DNA from: Bdellovibrionales bacterium
GTDB taxonomy: Bacteria > Bdellovibrionota > Bdellovibrionia > Bdellovibrionales > UBA1609
DNA length: 64,000 nucleotides
Assembly (NCBI GenBank): GCA_050246815.1
Contig: JBFWVI010000005.1
Location: 32,001-96,000, forward strand
Direction: 5' to 3'
Part shown: positions 27,567 to 37,500 of the stretch, piece by piece
Numbering within the stretch: the stretch's first letter is position 1
Layout: each line of letters begins with the position of its first letter
Program-made: the position numbers and the translations under genes
Notes under the pieces: model-generated
What the model was told of the DNA's origin: nothing
Database searches by the model: none
The model's input: only the letters and a program-made list of their open reading frames with translations

Positions 27567-29116
27567 ATTTGGCCTCGAAGTGCGGTGAAATGGTTTTGTT
27601 TTAGTTCGTGGGTGATAGATTCACCGGCGTCGATTTGAAATGGCTCACCAGCAAAGGCTTCCGCCACTTCAAGCAAAGACAGCGAGCTGTCCACAATCGC
27701 GGCTCCACGCTTGATTTTTTGCGCTTTACCTTGAAAGTTCATGAAAGTGCCATCTTTCTCGAAATAAGTTTTCAGCGGAATCTGCCATAGTGGTCCCGGA
27801 AATTTATCCAGCTCGGGATGCGAACCCGCAGCCAACCAAACTAAATTTGCGGCTTTGGTAAACTGTTTGATTTTCTCGCTAAGATCCGGGAACACCGCTT
27901 GATTTTCGGGGCCTGCCACGATCAATGCGGTCACTTTACCGCTATCTAGACGCGAGGTCAGATCGGCCCACGTTTTCATGAGGTTGTGCTTCTGAAAGGC
28001 CGCCAAAAGCCCCTTGGTGTTGGGATTTTTATCGCCGCGGATCAATAGGCCATCAAAGCTTTCCACTGTTTCAGGGTTGTTGAGCCAATGGTAAACGTTT
28101 TTAACTCCCCAATTTTGGCTTAAGACCTGCAAAAACGCATCGTACTCTTCGTTGGTGTATTGACCGGTCAAAACCACGGCCACACTTTCTGGATTCGATT
28201 TAGCCCAGCCCTTCAGCTGCTCACCCACCTGTTTGGCCGCCGCCAAGGGATCCATGGTGCTGGTCGTGCCTTTGTCGGTGACCATCGCCGACAGCAAGCG
28301 AAACTTTTTATTCACGTACTTGTAGGCGCCACGACCGTCGTCACACATCCAATGGCCGTTCACTTCAGGATTGTAACGGGGTTTCACGCGCCACAGCCCC
28401 TCTTCATTAAAGTGCACTTTGATGCTGCAACCGGTGGAGCAGCCGGGGCAGATGGTGTCGACTTCTTTTAGGTACCAAACCCGCTGGCGAAAACGAAAAT
28501 CCTTCGACGTCAATGCACCCACAGGACAGATGTCCACAGTGTTCAGCGAGTATTTATTGTCGAGCGGTTTGCCTTCGAAGGTGCCGATTTCGCTGTGATC
28601 ACCGCGGTTGAAAATACCAAGTTCATTGGTTTTTGAAACCTCGTCGGTGAAACGCACGCAGCGCGAACACAAAATGCAGCGTTCAGAATCCAACACCACC
28701 GTGGGGCCAAGATCGACGACCTTTTTCTTTTTCACTTTGGGTTCTGCCATTTCAGGATCGTACTGGCCGAAGCGCATATATTGCTCTTGCAAACCACACT
28801 CACCAGCCTGATCGCAGATTGGGCAATCCAGCGGGTGGTTGATCAGATGAAAGTCCATGCCCCAACGCACGGTTTCTTTGACAACATCGCTCGTGTTGTT
28901 GATGACCATACCCTCTTTGACTTCGGTGTTGCAGGCGATTTGAAGTTTTGGCATGCCTTCAATCTGCACCATGCACAATCGGCAAACGCCCGCGACCGAA
29001 AGGCCTGGGTGCCAGCAGTAGTGAGCGATGTCTTGATTGAGCATCTTGATGGCTTGAATGATGCTCGTTCCAGCGGGAACTTCAATTTCTTTGCCGTTGA
29101 TTTTACATTTGGGCAT
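27563..29116 (-). CDS. nuoG: NADH-quinone oxidoreductase subunit G (short, 517 aa)
   Basis: CWHPGLSVAGVCRLC, NHPLDCPICDQAGEC, CILCSRCVRF, CPGCSTGC. Confidence 0.93.
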   Translation of the reverse strand: MPKCKINGKEIEVPAGTSIIQAIKMLNQDIAHYCWHPGLSVAGVCRLCMVQIEGMPKLQIACNTEVKEGMVINNTSDVVKETVRWGMDFHLINHPLDCPICDQAGECGLQEQYMRFGQYDPEMAEPKVKKKKVVDLGPTVVLDSERCILCSRCVRFTDEVSKTNELGIFNRGDHSEIGTFEGKPLDNKYSLNTVDICPVGALTSKDFRFRQRVWYLKEVDTICPGCSTGCSIKVHFNEEGLWRVKPRYNPEVNGHWMCDDGRGAYKYVNKKFRLLSAMVTDKGTTSTMDPLAAAKQVGEQLKGWAKSNPESVAVVLTGQYTNEEYDAFLQVLSQNWGVKNVYHWLNNPETVESFDGLLIRGDKNPNTKGLLAAFQKHNLMKTWADLTSRLDSGKVTALIVAGPENQAVFPDLSEKIKQFTKAANLVWLAAGSHPELDKFPGPLWQIPLKTYFEKDGTFMNFQGKAQKIKRGAAIVDSSLSLLEVAEAFAGEPFQIDAGESITHELKQNHFTALRGQI

Positions 29117-30386
29117 GAGCCGTCCCTTTTACTTTTGAGCGCCCTTCGCGCACATAAAATTCAAATTCGTCACGGAATTTAGTTACAAAACTGATTGCGG
29201 GCATGGCCGCCGCATCCGAAAGCGCACAGATAGTTTTGCCCATCATTTGCTCGGAAACGCGTTGAATCAGGTTGATATCTTGCAAGCGGCCGTGGCCACC
29301 CTTGATGCTATGAACGATTTTGCTGAGCCATCCGGTGCCCTCGCGGCACGGCGTGCACTGACCGCAAGACTCGTGATGGTAAAAATGCATGATCACATCC
29401 AGCAGATCGACCATGCAGTTCGAATCATCAATCACGATCACGGCGCCCGACCCCAACATACTGCCTAAGCCCGCCAATGATTCGTAATCCATATTGGCGC
29501 GATTAACTTCATCGGCGGTCAACACCGGGGCCGAAGAGCCTCCCGGAATAACGGCCTTCAAGGCACGGCCTGGTCTTAGACCACCGCAGACTTTATTGAT
29601 CAGATCTTTCAATGGCAAACCCAACGGCACTTCGTAGTTTCCAGGCCGCATCACATTGCCGCTGACTGAAAACAACTTCGTTCCCGGCGATTTTTCGGTG
29701 CCGTATTTACGATAGGCCCCAGCGCCATCTTTGATGATCGGCACGACCGCAGCCAAAGTTTCGACATTGTTCACAATGGAGGGCTTGCGCAAATACCCTT
29801 GAAGCGCGGGAAATGGGGGTTTAAGTTTCGGCTGCCCCTTAAGACCTTCAAGCGACGAAATCATTCCTGTTTCTTCACCGCAAATGTAGGCGCCTGCACC
29901 CGAGTAGACATCCATGTGGTGTTTGAAGCCCGAACCCATCACTTTGTCGCCTAAAATCCCGGCGTCATAAGCCTCTTTAATCGCGGCGCGCACGATATTA
30001 ATGCACTCAACGTACTCACCGCGAATGTAAATGTAAGACTTGTGCGAGTTGATGGCAAAAGCCGAGATGACCATGCCCTCGATCAGTTGATGAGGGGCCT
30101 TTTCCATCATCAAGCGATCTTTGAAGGTTCCGGGTTCACCTTCGTCCGCGTTGCACAACAAATAGCGGGGCTCGTTGTTGTTGGGTAAAAAACTCCATTT
30201 AGTGCCCGTCGGAAAGCCTGCGCCGCCGCGACCGCGCAAACCGGAGGCCTTGACCTCTTCGACGATAGCTTTGGGCTCCATCTTCAAAGCCTTTTTTAAA
30301 ACTTCATAACCGCCGTGCTTTTTATAGCCGGTCAGGCCACGAAACTCAGGCTTGTCATAATGTTCGGTCAGTAATTTAGTTTCCAT
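29103..30386 (-). CDS. nuoF: NADH-quinone oxidoreductase subunit F
   Basis: GLRGRGGAGFPTG, NADEGEPGTFKD, ESCGQCTPCREG. Confidence 0.98.
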   Translation of the reverse strand: METKLLTEHYDKPEFRGLTGYKKHGGYEVLKKALKMEPKAIVEEVKASGLRGRGGAGFPTGTKWSFLPNNNEPRYLLCNADEGEPGTFKDRLMMEKAPHQLIEGMVISAFAINSHKSYIYIRGEYVECINIVRAAIKEAYDAGILGDKVMGSGFKHHMDVYSGAGAYICGEETGMISSLEGLKGQPKLKPPFPALQGYLRKPSIVNNVETLAAVVPIIKDGAGAYRKYGTEKSPGTKLFSVSGNVMRPGNYEVPLGLPLKDLINKVCGGLRPGRALKAVIPGGSSAPVLTADEVNRANMDYESLAGLGSMLGSGAVIVIDDSNCMVDLLDVIMHFYHHESCGQCTPCREGTGWLSKIVHSIKGGHGRLQDINLIQRVSEQMMGKTICALSDAAAMPAISFVTKFRDEFEFYVREGRSKVKGTAHAQM

Positions 30387-30864
30387 GGCGCGCCTTCAAT
30401 TCATTGATGATTTGCACGGCTTTTTCGTGGGTCAAATTTTCGTGATAGGCATCGTTGATCTGCATCATCGGCGCGGTTCCGCAAGAGCCCAGGCATTCCA
30501 CCTTGGTGATCGTCATCATGCCGTCTTTGGACATTTCGTTTTCTTTGACGCCAAAGTGTTTGCATAAATGCGCAGCCAGTTCGCGCCCGCCATTCATGGC
30601 GCACGAAATATTGGCGCACACTTGGATGTGCAGCTTGCCCACCGGCTGTTTATTGAACATGGTGTAGAACTTGGCCACTTCCCAGATGTGAGCCTCTGGA
30701 ATTTGTGTCAGTTGACTTAGGTGTCGAATGCAATCGCCCGAAATCCATCCGCCGTTTTCTTTTTGCGCGCGATAGAGCGAGGGAATGATCGCCGAATATT
30801 TGTGTTCGTAACGAGTGAGCTCATTTTTTACGAACTCTTGGCCTTCTTTAGAAAGTTGAAACAT
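30376..30864 (-). CDS. nuoE: NADH-quinone oxidoreductase subunit E
   Basis: VCANISC, ECLGSCGTAP. Confidence 0.96.
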   Translation of the reverse strand: MFQLSKEGQEFVKNELTRYEHKYSAIIPSLYRAQKENGGWISGDCIRHLSQLTQIPEAHIWEVAKFYTMFNKQPVGKLHIQVCANISCAMNGGRELAAHLCKHFGVKENEMSKDGMMTITKVECLGSCGTAPMMQINDAYHENLTHEKAVQIINELKARHGN

Positions 30865-30873
30865 GCTTATCCC

Positions 30874-32550
30874 CTACCGGTCCAATTCGCCGGCAATCAA
30901 GTTCATGCTGCCCAAAATGGCAATCACATCCGCGACCAGGCCGCCGGTGATCTGCTTTGGGAACGATTGGTAAATGGCAAAGCAAGGCGGACGCACCTTC
31001 AAACGATAGGGACGCCCCGAGTTGTCGCTGACCAGATAAAATCCAAGCTCGCCGTTGGCGCCTTCTAGCGCATCATAGATTTCGCCCGCCGGCGGACGAA
31101 GACCCTTGATGACCAACATAAAGTGATTCATAAGGCCTTCGATGTTGCCGTAGACGTCTTTTTTCTCGGGCAAAACAATGGATTTATCGCGAATGGTGTA
31201 ATCACCCGGTGGAATATTCTTAGCCACTTGTTCGACAATCTTTAACGATTCGCGCATTTCAGCGACACGCACCAAGTAGCGATCAAAAACATCGCCGCTG
31301 GTGCCCACGGGAACATCAAAGTCCAAAGATTCATAGCCGTAGTAGGGATCCGCTTTGCGCAAATCGAGGGCCACACCCGCCGCACGCAAACAGGGCCCTG
31401 TGTAACCCCACTGAATCGCCTCATCAGCACCAATTGAACCGACGCCACGTGTGCGCTCGATCCAGATCTTGTTGCCGGTCAAAAGTTTATCCAGCTCGTC
31501 GATCCCCTGACGCATCTCTTTGCAGAACTGCAAAACATCTTTGTACCAACCCTCGGGAGGATTGTTGGCCATCCCCCCCACCCGGGTCATCGACACGGTC
31601 AAACGAGCACCGCAGAGTTTTTCAAACAGCGTGTAGACCTTTTCGCGGTACTGAAACAAATGGAAGAAGCCGGTCAACGCGCCCAGGTCCACTGCGTTTG
31701 CGCCGATGCAGACGATATGGTCAATGACTCGCGAGAGCTCCATTAAAATAACCCGAATGGCCTGCGCTTTGGGCGGAATCTGCACGCCAAGCATTTTTTC
31801 AACCGTTTTGCAGTAGGCCACGTTGTTAATCGGAGCCGAACAATAGTTCAAACGATCGGTGTAGGGGATCACTTGGTTGTAGGGGTGGGTTTCGGCCATC
31901 TTCTCAAAACAGCGATGCAAAAAGCCCAGCTCGACGCCCGCGCGATGGACCTTCTCACCGTCCAACTGCACCATCACCCGGAGTGTTCCGTGAGTGGCTG
32001 GATGCGAGGGGCCGATGTTGAGTGGGACCAAGTCTTTACCGTTGTTTTGATAGTCAGGATCATTGTCAAAGTGAACCGGCAAAGCTTCAGTGCAATGTTG
32101 TTGCAAATCAGCCGGATAATCTTTGCGCAGCGGATGGCCCTTGAATTGATGGTGGGTCAAAATGCGGCGCATATTGGGGTGGCCGTCGAAGCGAATGCCG
32201 AACATGTCGTACACTTCACGCTCAAACCAATCGGCGCCACGCCAAACAGTCATCGCAGTTGAAACGGTCTCACCTTCGGCAAGACGGGTCTTCAAACGAG
32301 CGCGATGGTAGGTCTTTGAAGAAAACAACTCGTAAACAACCTCGAAGCGCTTGGCACGCTCGGGGTAGTCGGCGGCAGTCACATGCATCAAAAAATCAAA
32401 ACGGCCGGTGTCTTTGAAATGCTTCAGCACAGGCACAATGTACTCCGGCGCCATAATGACAATGTTACCGCCGTTTTGGTGCACGAATTCAAAGGCCGTG
32501 CCTTTGAATCGGTCTTCGATCTCTTGTTTTATGCTATCAAGAACGTTCAT
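30874..32550 (-). CDS. nuoCD: Fused NADH-quinone oxidoreductase subunit C/D
   Basis: [10 protein letters not shown] and GHPLRKDYP (C); GPSHPATHG and GELDR (D). Confidence 0.96.
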   Translation of the reverse strand: MNVLDSIKQEIEDRFKGTAFEFVHQNGGNIVIMAPEYIVPVLKHFKDTGRFDFLMHVTAADYPERAKRFEVVYELFSSKTYHRARLKTRLAEGETVSTAMTVWRGADWFEREVYDMFGIRFDGHPNMRRILTHHQFKGHPLRKDYPADLQQHCTEALPVHFDNDPDYQNNGKDLVPLNIGPSHPATHGTLRVMVQLDGEKVHRAGVELGFLHRCFEKMAETHPYNQVIPYTDRLNYCSAPINNVAYCKTVEKMLGVQIPPKAQAIRVILMELSRVIDHIVCIGANAVDLGALTGFFHLFQYREKVYTLFEKLCGARLTVSMTRVGGMANNPPEGWYKDVLQFCKEMRQGIDELDKLLTGNKIWIERTRGVGSIGADEAIQWGYTGPCLRAAGVALDLRKADPYYGYESLDFDVPVGTSGDVFDRYLVRVAEMRESLKIVEQVAKNIPPGDYTIRDKSIVLPEKKDVYGNIEGLMNHFMLVIKGLRPPAGEIYDALEGANGELGFYLVSDNSGRPYRLKVRPPCFAIYQSFPKQITGGLVADVIAILGSMNLIAGELDR

Positions 32551-33086
32551 CGGTACTCACCCGGCTTCCAACTGTCTTTCCACGGACGCGGCGACAGGTT
32601 TTCAATCATTTTCTGCACGACCATAATGCCGTCCAAAACGGCCTCTGGTGTTGGAGGGCAACCGGGTACATAAACATCCACCGGCACCACTTTGTCGACG
32701 CCCTGAAGAACATGATAGGCGCGGTAAAAGCCGCCCGAAGATGCACAAGCCCCCATGGCGATGACATATTTGGGTTCAAGCATTTGTTCATAAATCTTGC
32801 TGACAACCGGAGCCATTTTTTCTGTGATGGTGCCGGCGACCAAGAGCAAATCAGCTTGACGCGGAGAAAAGCGCACAACCTCGGCGCCAAAACGAGCCAA
32901 GTCGTAGCGAGGCCCCATCACTGACATCAGTTCGATTCCGCAGCATGCGGTCCCAAACGGCATCGGCCAAAGTGAGTTTTTGCGGCCCCAGGCCACCAGC
33001 TTGTCGATTTGAGTCGTAAAGGCGAAGGAGCGCGAGTGCTCAACCAACTCGCGGTCATGGGCCTTGCTTCGAGCACTTTCGGCCAT
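32547..33086 (-). CDS. nuoB: NADH-quinone oxidoreductase subunit B
   Basis: [29 protein letters not shown]. Confidence 0.97.
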   Translation of the reverse strand: MAESARSKAHDRELVEHSRSFAFTTQIDKLVAWGRKNSLWPMPFGTACCGIELMSVMGPRYDLARFGAEVVRFSPRQADLLLVAGTITEKMAPVVSKIYEQMLEPKYVIAMGACASSGGFYRAYHVLQGVDKVVPVDVYVPGCPPTPEAVLDGIMVVQKMIENLSPRPWKDSWKPGEYR

Positions 33087-33157
33087 AAATCCCCTGAACT
33101 AAAGCTTGCTGCCGTTTAAATTTGTTTTTGAAAACCAGATAAGAATTAGCATCTAAT

Positions 33158-33442
33158 TTATGCACTTGTCGAGAGTTTGGGGCCAGCCCAAAACCCTCGA
33201 GTTGCGGCGCGTAAAGCGTCCCCAGCGGAAGCGTTTGGAAATTGGTGAGACAGGGTTTCTTTCGCACGCTGCAGATCCCTTGCCGTTTCCGCGTAAAGAT
33301 TCATGGAGTGGCGCGTCGTTTCTGCGTCCACCACGACGGTGCACTCGGGCGGCAAAGACTTTGCGGCTTCCAGAAAAAGACCAATCAGGATTCGCTCGGC
33401 TTGCACAGATTTATTCTCGATTTTTTCGACCACGTTCATCAT
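33158..33442 (-). CDS. Small hypothetical protein (94 aa)
   Basis: Protein-like composition (MMNVVEKIENKSVQAERILIGLFLEAAK...); weak RBS. Confidence 0.45.
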   Translation of the reverse strand: MMNVVEKIENKSVQAERILIGLFLEAAKSLPPECTVVVDAETTRHSMNLYAETARDLQRAKETLSHQFPNASAGDALRAATRGFWAGPKLSTSA

Positions 33443-33450
33443 CTGTTTTA

Positions 33451-33600
33451 CGATTCCCAGACTGCCGATGAATTGATGTCACTTCTGCGTTGAATTGAGT
33501 TTTAAGTTTTGACCTGTGCACGCGCTGCCCCTTCACTTGCGCTAACCGTACCACGCGAAGCTTCGCCATCCTGGCCGTCCGAGCTTCGATCTGGGAACCG
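33451..33600 (-). ncRNA. Candidate structured leader or small RNA
   Basis: Closing stem CGGTTCCCAGA/TCTGGGAATCG (G-U favours the minus strand); inner CGAAGCT/AGCTTCG enclosing GCC-AGGAT-GGC. Confidence 0.4.
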
Positions 33601-33699
33601 ATTTTTCTTTTTTGGTTCCGCAGCGGAACCACTTTTTGATCGTTAATGGGAAAATTTAATTTCTCTCTCTAAAAATCGACAAACAATTTCACTTTTCCA

Positions 33700-33728
33700 T
33701 TGGAAATTCCGCCGTGATCGTTTATTCT
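33700..33728 (+). promoter_or_regulatory. Putative sigma-70 promoter of the small-ORF locus
   Basis: TTGGAA-N17-TATTCT. Confidence 0.5.
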
Positions 33729-33756
33729 TCAATCACTCTATGAAAGGAGGTCAGAC

Positions 33757-33879
33757 ATGGTGAATACATTTTCAAAATTGCCGATTGATTGCGGCGCAAC
33801 AACTCGTAGCGGAATGATTCCCGATGGAATCGCTCGACGTGGACTGACCTCGATTGCTCTGCCATTCTCGCATTGCTAA
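33757..33879 (+). CDS. 40-aa micro-ORF (below the ORF-track cutoff)
   Basis: Perfect RBS AAAGGAGGT; MVNTFSKLPIDCGATTRSGMIPDGIARRGLTSIALPFSHC. Confidence 0.55.
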   Translation: MVNTFSKLPIDCGATTRSGMIPDGIARRGLTSIALPFSHC

Positions 33880-34075
33880 ATCCCCTGTCAGCCTAACGAG
33901 TTAGAACGATTTTAAAGGTCATTTTTTGACCTTCGGGCCTGAGGTTCGTTAGCAAGACGCGCTTCGCGCTTGAAGGTCTGACTTTGACTTTTCAAAAGTT
34001 TGTGTGCCCGCGATTCGGCTTGGGTCGAATTGCATCGCGCTTATAAATAAAAATTATTTATTAGGAGATTTTAAA

Positions 34076-34315
34076 ATGAAACTAGCTAAAATGAACTATG
34101 GCGTACCGATACTTTGGTTCGCCGCGAACGAAAAAAGAAATTGGCGGGTTTTGGCTCAGTATCCCCTGCTGGCCGCCCGACTGATGGTGCAAGGTGCAAA
34201 TTTGTTCTTTGGTTTATTCCAAGGGCAAGTCGTCCGGGTAGTGGGCCCGGGCATACCACCGGAACCCTTCAATGCCGTTGACCGAGTCCAGTGGCCGAAC
34301 GCATGGCCACACTAA
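34076..34315 (+). CDS. 79-aa small hypothetical protein
   Basis: RBS AGGAG in an AT-rich context; MKLAKMNYGVPILWF...GPGIPPEPF...WPNAWPH. Confidence 0.55.
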   Translation: MKLAKMNYGVPILWFAANEKRNWRVLAQYPLLAARLMVQGANLFFGLFQGQVVRVVGPGIPPEPFNAVDRVQWPNAWPH

Positions 34316-34376
34316 TTCGTCCATCCCCTGGCGAAATGGCTCGGGCCGACGCGCATTGTATCCTCCCTCACATTCG

Positions 34377-34415
34377 CAAGGGGGCAGCCCCACTCTGCCC
34401 TCTTGTTTTCTCTTT
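34377..34415 (+). terminator. Intrinsic terminator closing the small-ORF transcript
   Basis: CAAGGGGGCAG-N7-CTGCCCTCTTG followed by TTTTCTCTTT. Confidence 0.7.
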
Positions 34416-34493
34416 CGTACCTGTAGCGACACCACGGCTGTCGAACAAAAAATGGCATCATAACGGCGCCTTTCCCTTATAAACGAGCCTTCA

Positions 34494-34509
34494 TGGTACA
34501 CAACCTGCA
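34494..34509 (+). promoter_or_regulatory. Putative sigma-54 promoter giving a near-leaderless mRNA
   Basis: TGGTACACAACCTGCA (GG-N10-GC); predicted +1 near 34520, ATG at 34522, no SD. Confidence 0.5.
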
Positions 34510-34521
34510 CTCTTTATCTGC

Positions 34522-37500
34522 ATGTTGAAAGTGCGCGCATTTTTCTTGTTTTTAAGTCTGCTTTTGGGATGGGCCCAGCTGGCCCTGGGTCAAAACGGGC
34601 CGGTTTCGCCCACCCTCGAGTCCCTGCGCCTCACTCATACAATTTACGCCGGCCTGCTTGAAGCCTACAAAAGCGAAGGCCAATCGGATTACCACCCTGA
34701 GTTCCTAGCTTATCGCGCTTACTTTAAAACCTTTTTGGCCGATTGGAATCAGGCTCTTGAATCGGGGCAGGTGCGAAACAGCCGGCATTACTGGCAATCC
34801 GTCAAAACGCGCGACACCTACCTGGGTCGCTTTTACTCCGTTTGGCAAAGAATCCACCCTTACGATGCCGGCGCCACTGGGCAAATGATCAACTTGGGCC
34901 ATTACCGCAATAGTTTTTTGACCCAAGTGGTCAACTCGGAGACCCAAAAAAATTATGAGCAGCGTCTGGAGCTGATTTTGAACTGGGCTGATCAATTTTT
35001 AATTCAGACCAACACTGACGTGGAACTTGGAATTAGAATCGTCAGTGCCTTTCGATTTCATAAGGACCCCCACATTCGCGAACAATCGCGACGAATTATA
35101 GCCTCAAGCCCTCGCTTTGCGAAAATCGCAAGCGGTTTGATTTTGCTGCGCGATCTAACCTTGCTTTGGCAGGCCGGCTTAAAATCAATCACATTACCGC
35201 CCAAAATGACGGCAGGAATTTCAAGTCACGCCCACCAATTCAAAGGCCCTTTGGATAAACTGCGCGCACTATGGCCCAGGGAGCTCTTCGGTAAAATCCC
35301 CACGATTTGGAAAGCCGGCGCGACCTCTGTCGCCGCCCATGGCGCGATCATCGCCACACCAAAATCAACACCGTCCCCCATCAAGATTGAAGTGGACCAC
35401 ACTGATTATCCCCACGTTTTTTTACTGACAGCCCTACGCGCAAACCTGTTTCAGGTTGAAACTGCAGACAACGATCTTGTGGATTTTAAGCCACAAACCT
35501 TTGCCTTCAAACTTGATCGGTGGCGACAAAAAGGGGTTGCGGTCATCAAAAACCCAAAGACCGATTTGGACTGGTCACAATTCTTTCTGGAAGGCGAATT
35601 GCTTTTGAACTTTTGGCAAGGCAGTCGCGAACTGACCGCCGCGACCTCGCTGCAGGCCTTACAAAACTCACAAAAGCATTTTAGCGCAATCCCACCTGGC
35701 GCTATCGAAACCTTTCGAGAAAATTTGCTCACCCATATTTTAAAAGATTATCGTGGCAAACGACGAACATTAACAGGTCTTTTTTTGGACTGGGGCGGCA
35801 ACTGCGTTTCACAAACCCTGGCCACAATTTCATATCTAAAAAAATACCCTGGGCTCATTCCCGCCGGGTATCAATTGGGTGTGGCCCATGTGCCCAATCA
35901 CATGGAAGCCGTTCTTATGAACGATCAAGAGATTTGGTTTTTGATGTCCGGAAAAAAATGGCTGAATGATCAGTCCATCACGGTTTTACGCCCCGAGTCC
36001 CTGATTGCACGCGCCCTTGGCGCGACTGGCGCCAACACCCCAATCTCGCTGGCCGATTTTTATTTGGCGGGCAAGCCCGATCATATCCAGCAGCAAAAAG
36101 TGCCAGCGAACACGCATATGCTTCTTGAAAAAGTCGACAATTCTTTCTCAGAAAGCGGCTTGGCTGGTGGCCTGGGACGCCTTTTTGCTTTTAAACACAT
36201 CCACAAATTTCCGAGCAGCACGCCCGATTGGGCTGAAATGCGTTACGCGCGCAGTAGCGATGAAATTCGTAAGGCAAGTGCCGAACAAAACGGCAACTTA
36301 GATCTTGGCTTTACGTTTAGCTCATTGCTCAAAACAAAAAAAACCGATGAACCGGGCATTCGCTACTTAGTGCGCGACGTCACTATGGCGGGCACAAAAA
36401 TAAAACTTTGCCTTATCGAAAACTCTGAATTCCCCCCTGTCAGATATTCTGAGCTGCCGTGCCTTTACACAGGTAAAAGGAATAAAACCGAATTAATCAC
36501 CAAACTTATCAATATCAGCAGCAACTCTTCTTGGTGGACACACAGTACTGACGTGTTTAATAGCGTTTTCATCAGTGTGCCGCCAAGCTCTTTCGACCGA
36601 TTAATGGCCATGCCGCCCGAACTCTGGCTGTTAATGAGTCTGCACGATGGCTTGGATGAAGTTAAAACCAAACTGCTCCCCGAAGTTTCCGATGCGGCTG
36701 TGGCGCGCATTCAAAGCGGCCGGCCAGTCGCGCAGGACGCAAAGATTGTGGAGGCCCTTGCTCATCCCGTCTTTAACCCAAGTGGCGAAGTTCTAGACGC
36801 CTCCATAAACTGGCTTTACATGTTTCCGGACGAACTTCATAAGCTACTTTTGACCCTGTGGCCATCTGGTCAGATGGCTTCGTCCAAAAAAACGCGCGAT
36901 TGCTATAACTATAAATTGTGCGCGCCAAGCGCCTGGCAGCACAATTATGAATACCTCGAACAGATCACACGAAGCAGCGTTTCCAAGCTGGAACCATGGA
37001 CTTCTTCAAAATCCTTCGCACAGCTGAAGAACTTTAGTCTTTTTCTACAGCAAATTCAGACTTACACATCTCGACATGAAGCCTTACCCGAGTTTTTTCG
37101 AATGTACCCGCATTGGCCACACCCTTTTCGTTGGACCTTCGTAAAAATCTGGAGAAAACTTTTTTTGGGTTCGTCCTCACTTTTCTACGTGGCGCAGATG
37201 CGCGAATTCTTAAACTCTTTGGATCCGAATAAAATTCAAATTGCAGATATAAAAAGTCTCAACCCTGGCCAGCAGGCCAGCTGCGTGCCAAGGTCGATTA
37301 ATTTACCCATTCGCACTAATACCCCAAGCGTTCACACCCTGGGCCCGATCGTGAACCACCTGCTCACTTGTGACGAGGTCGATTTGCACAAACAAGGGAC
37401 AGATCCTTCGTCCTTAAACATGAATGATTCAAAAATGCTGGGGCAATCCAACCCTGAAGTTTTGGATCCACTCATTCTTGCAGAATTATCTTTGGCGTTT

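Noticed and set aside
33451..33600. Retron msr-msd (terminal inverted repeats) or 6S RNA
   Set aside because: No reverse transcriptase in the window; the fold is branched rather than a 6S-type rod
33411..33632. 73-aa basic ORF over the structured region
   Set aside because: No RBS, overlaps the next ORF out of frame and coincides with RNA helices; not fully excluded
34214..34510. Overlapping ORFs 34214..34510(-), 34272..34463(+) and 34291..34482(+)
   Set aside because: No RBS, and they run through the terminator hairpin
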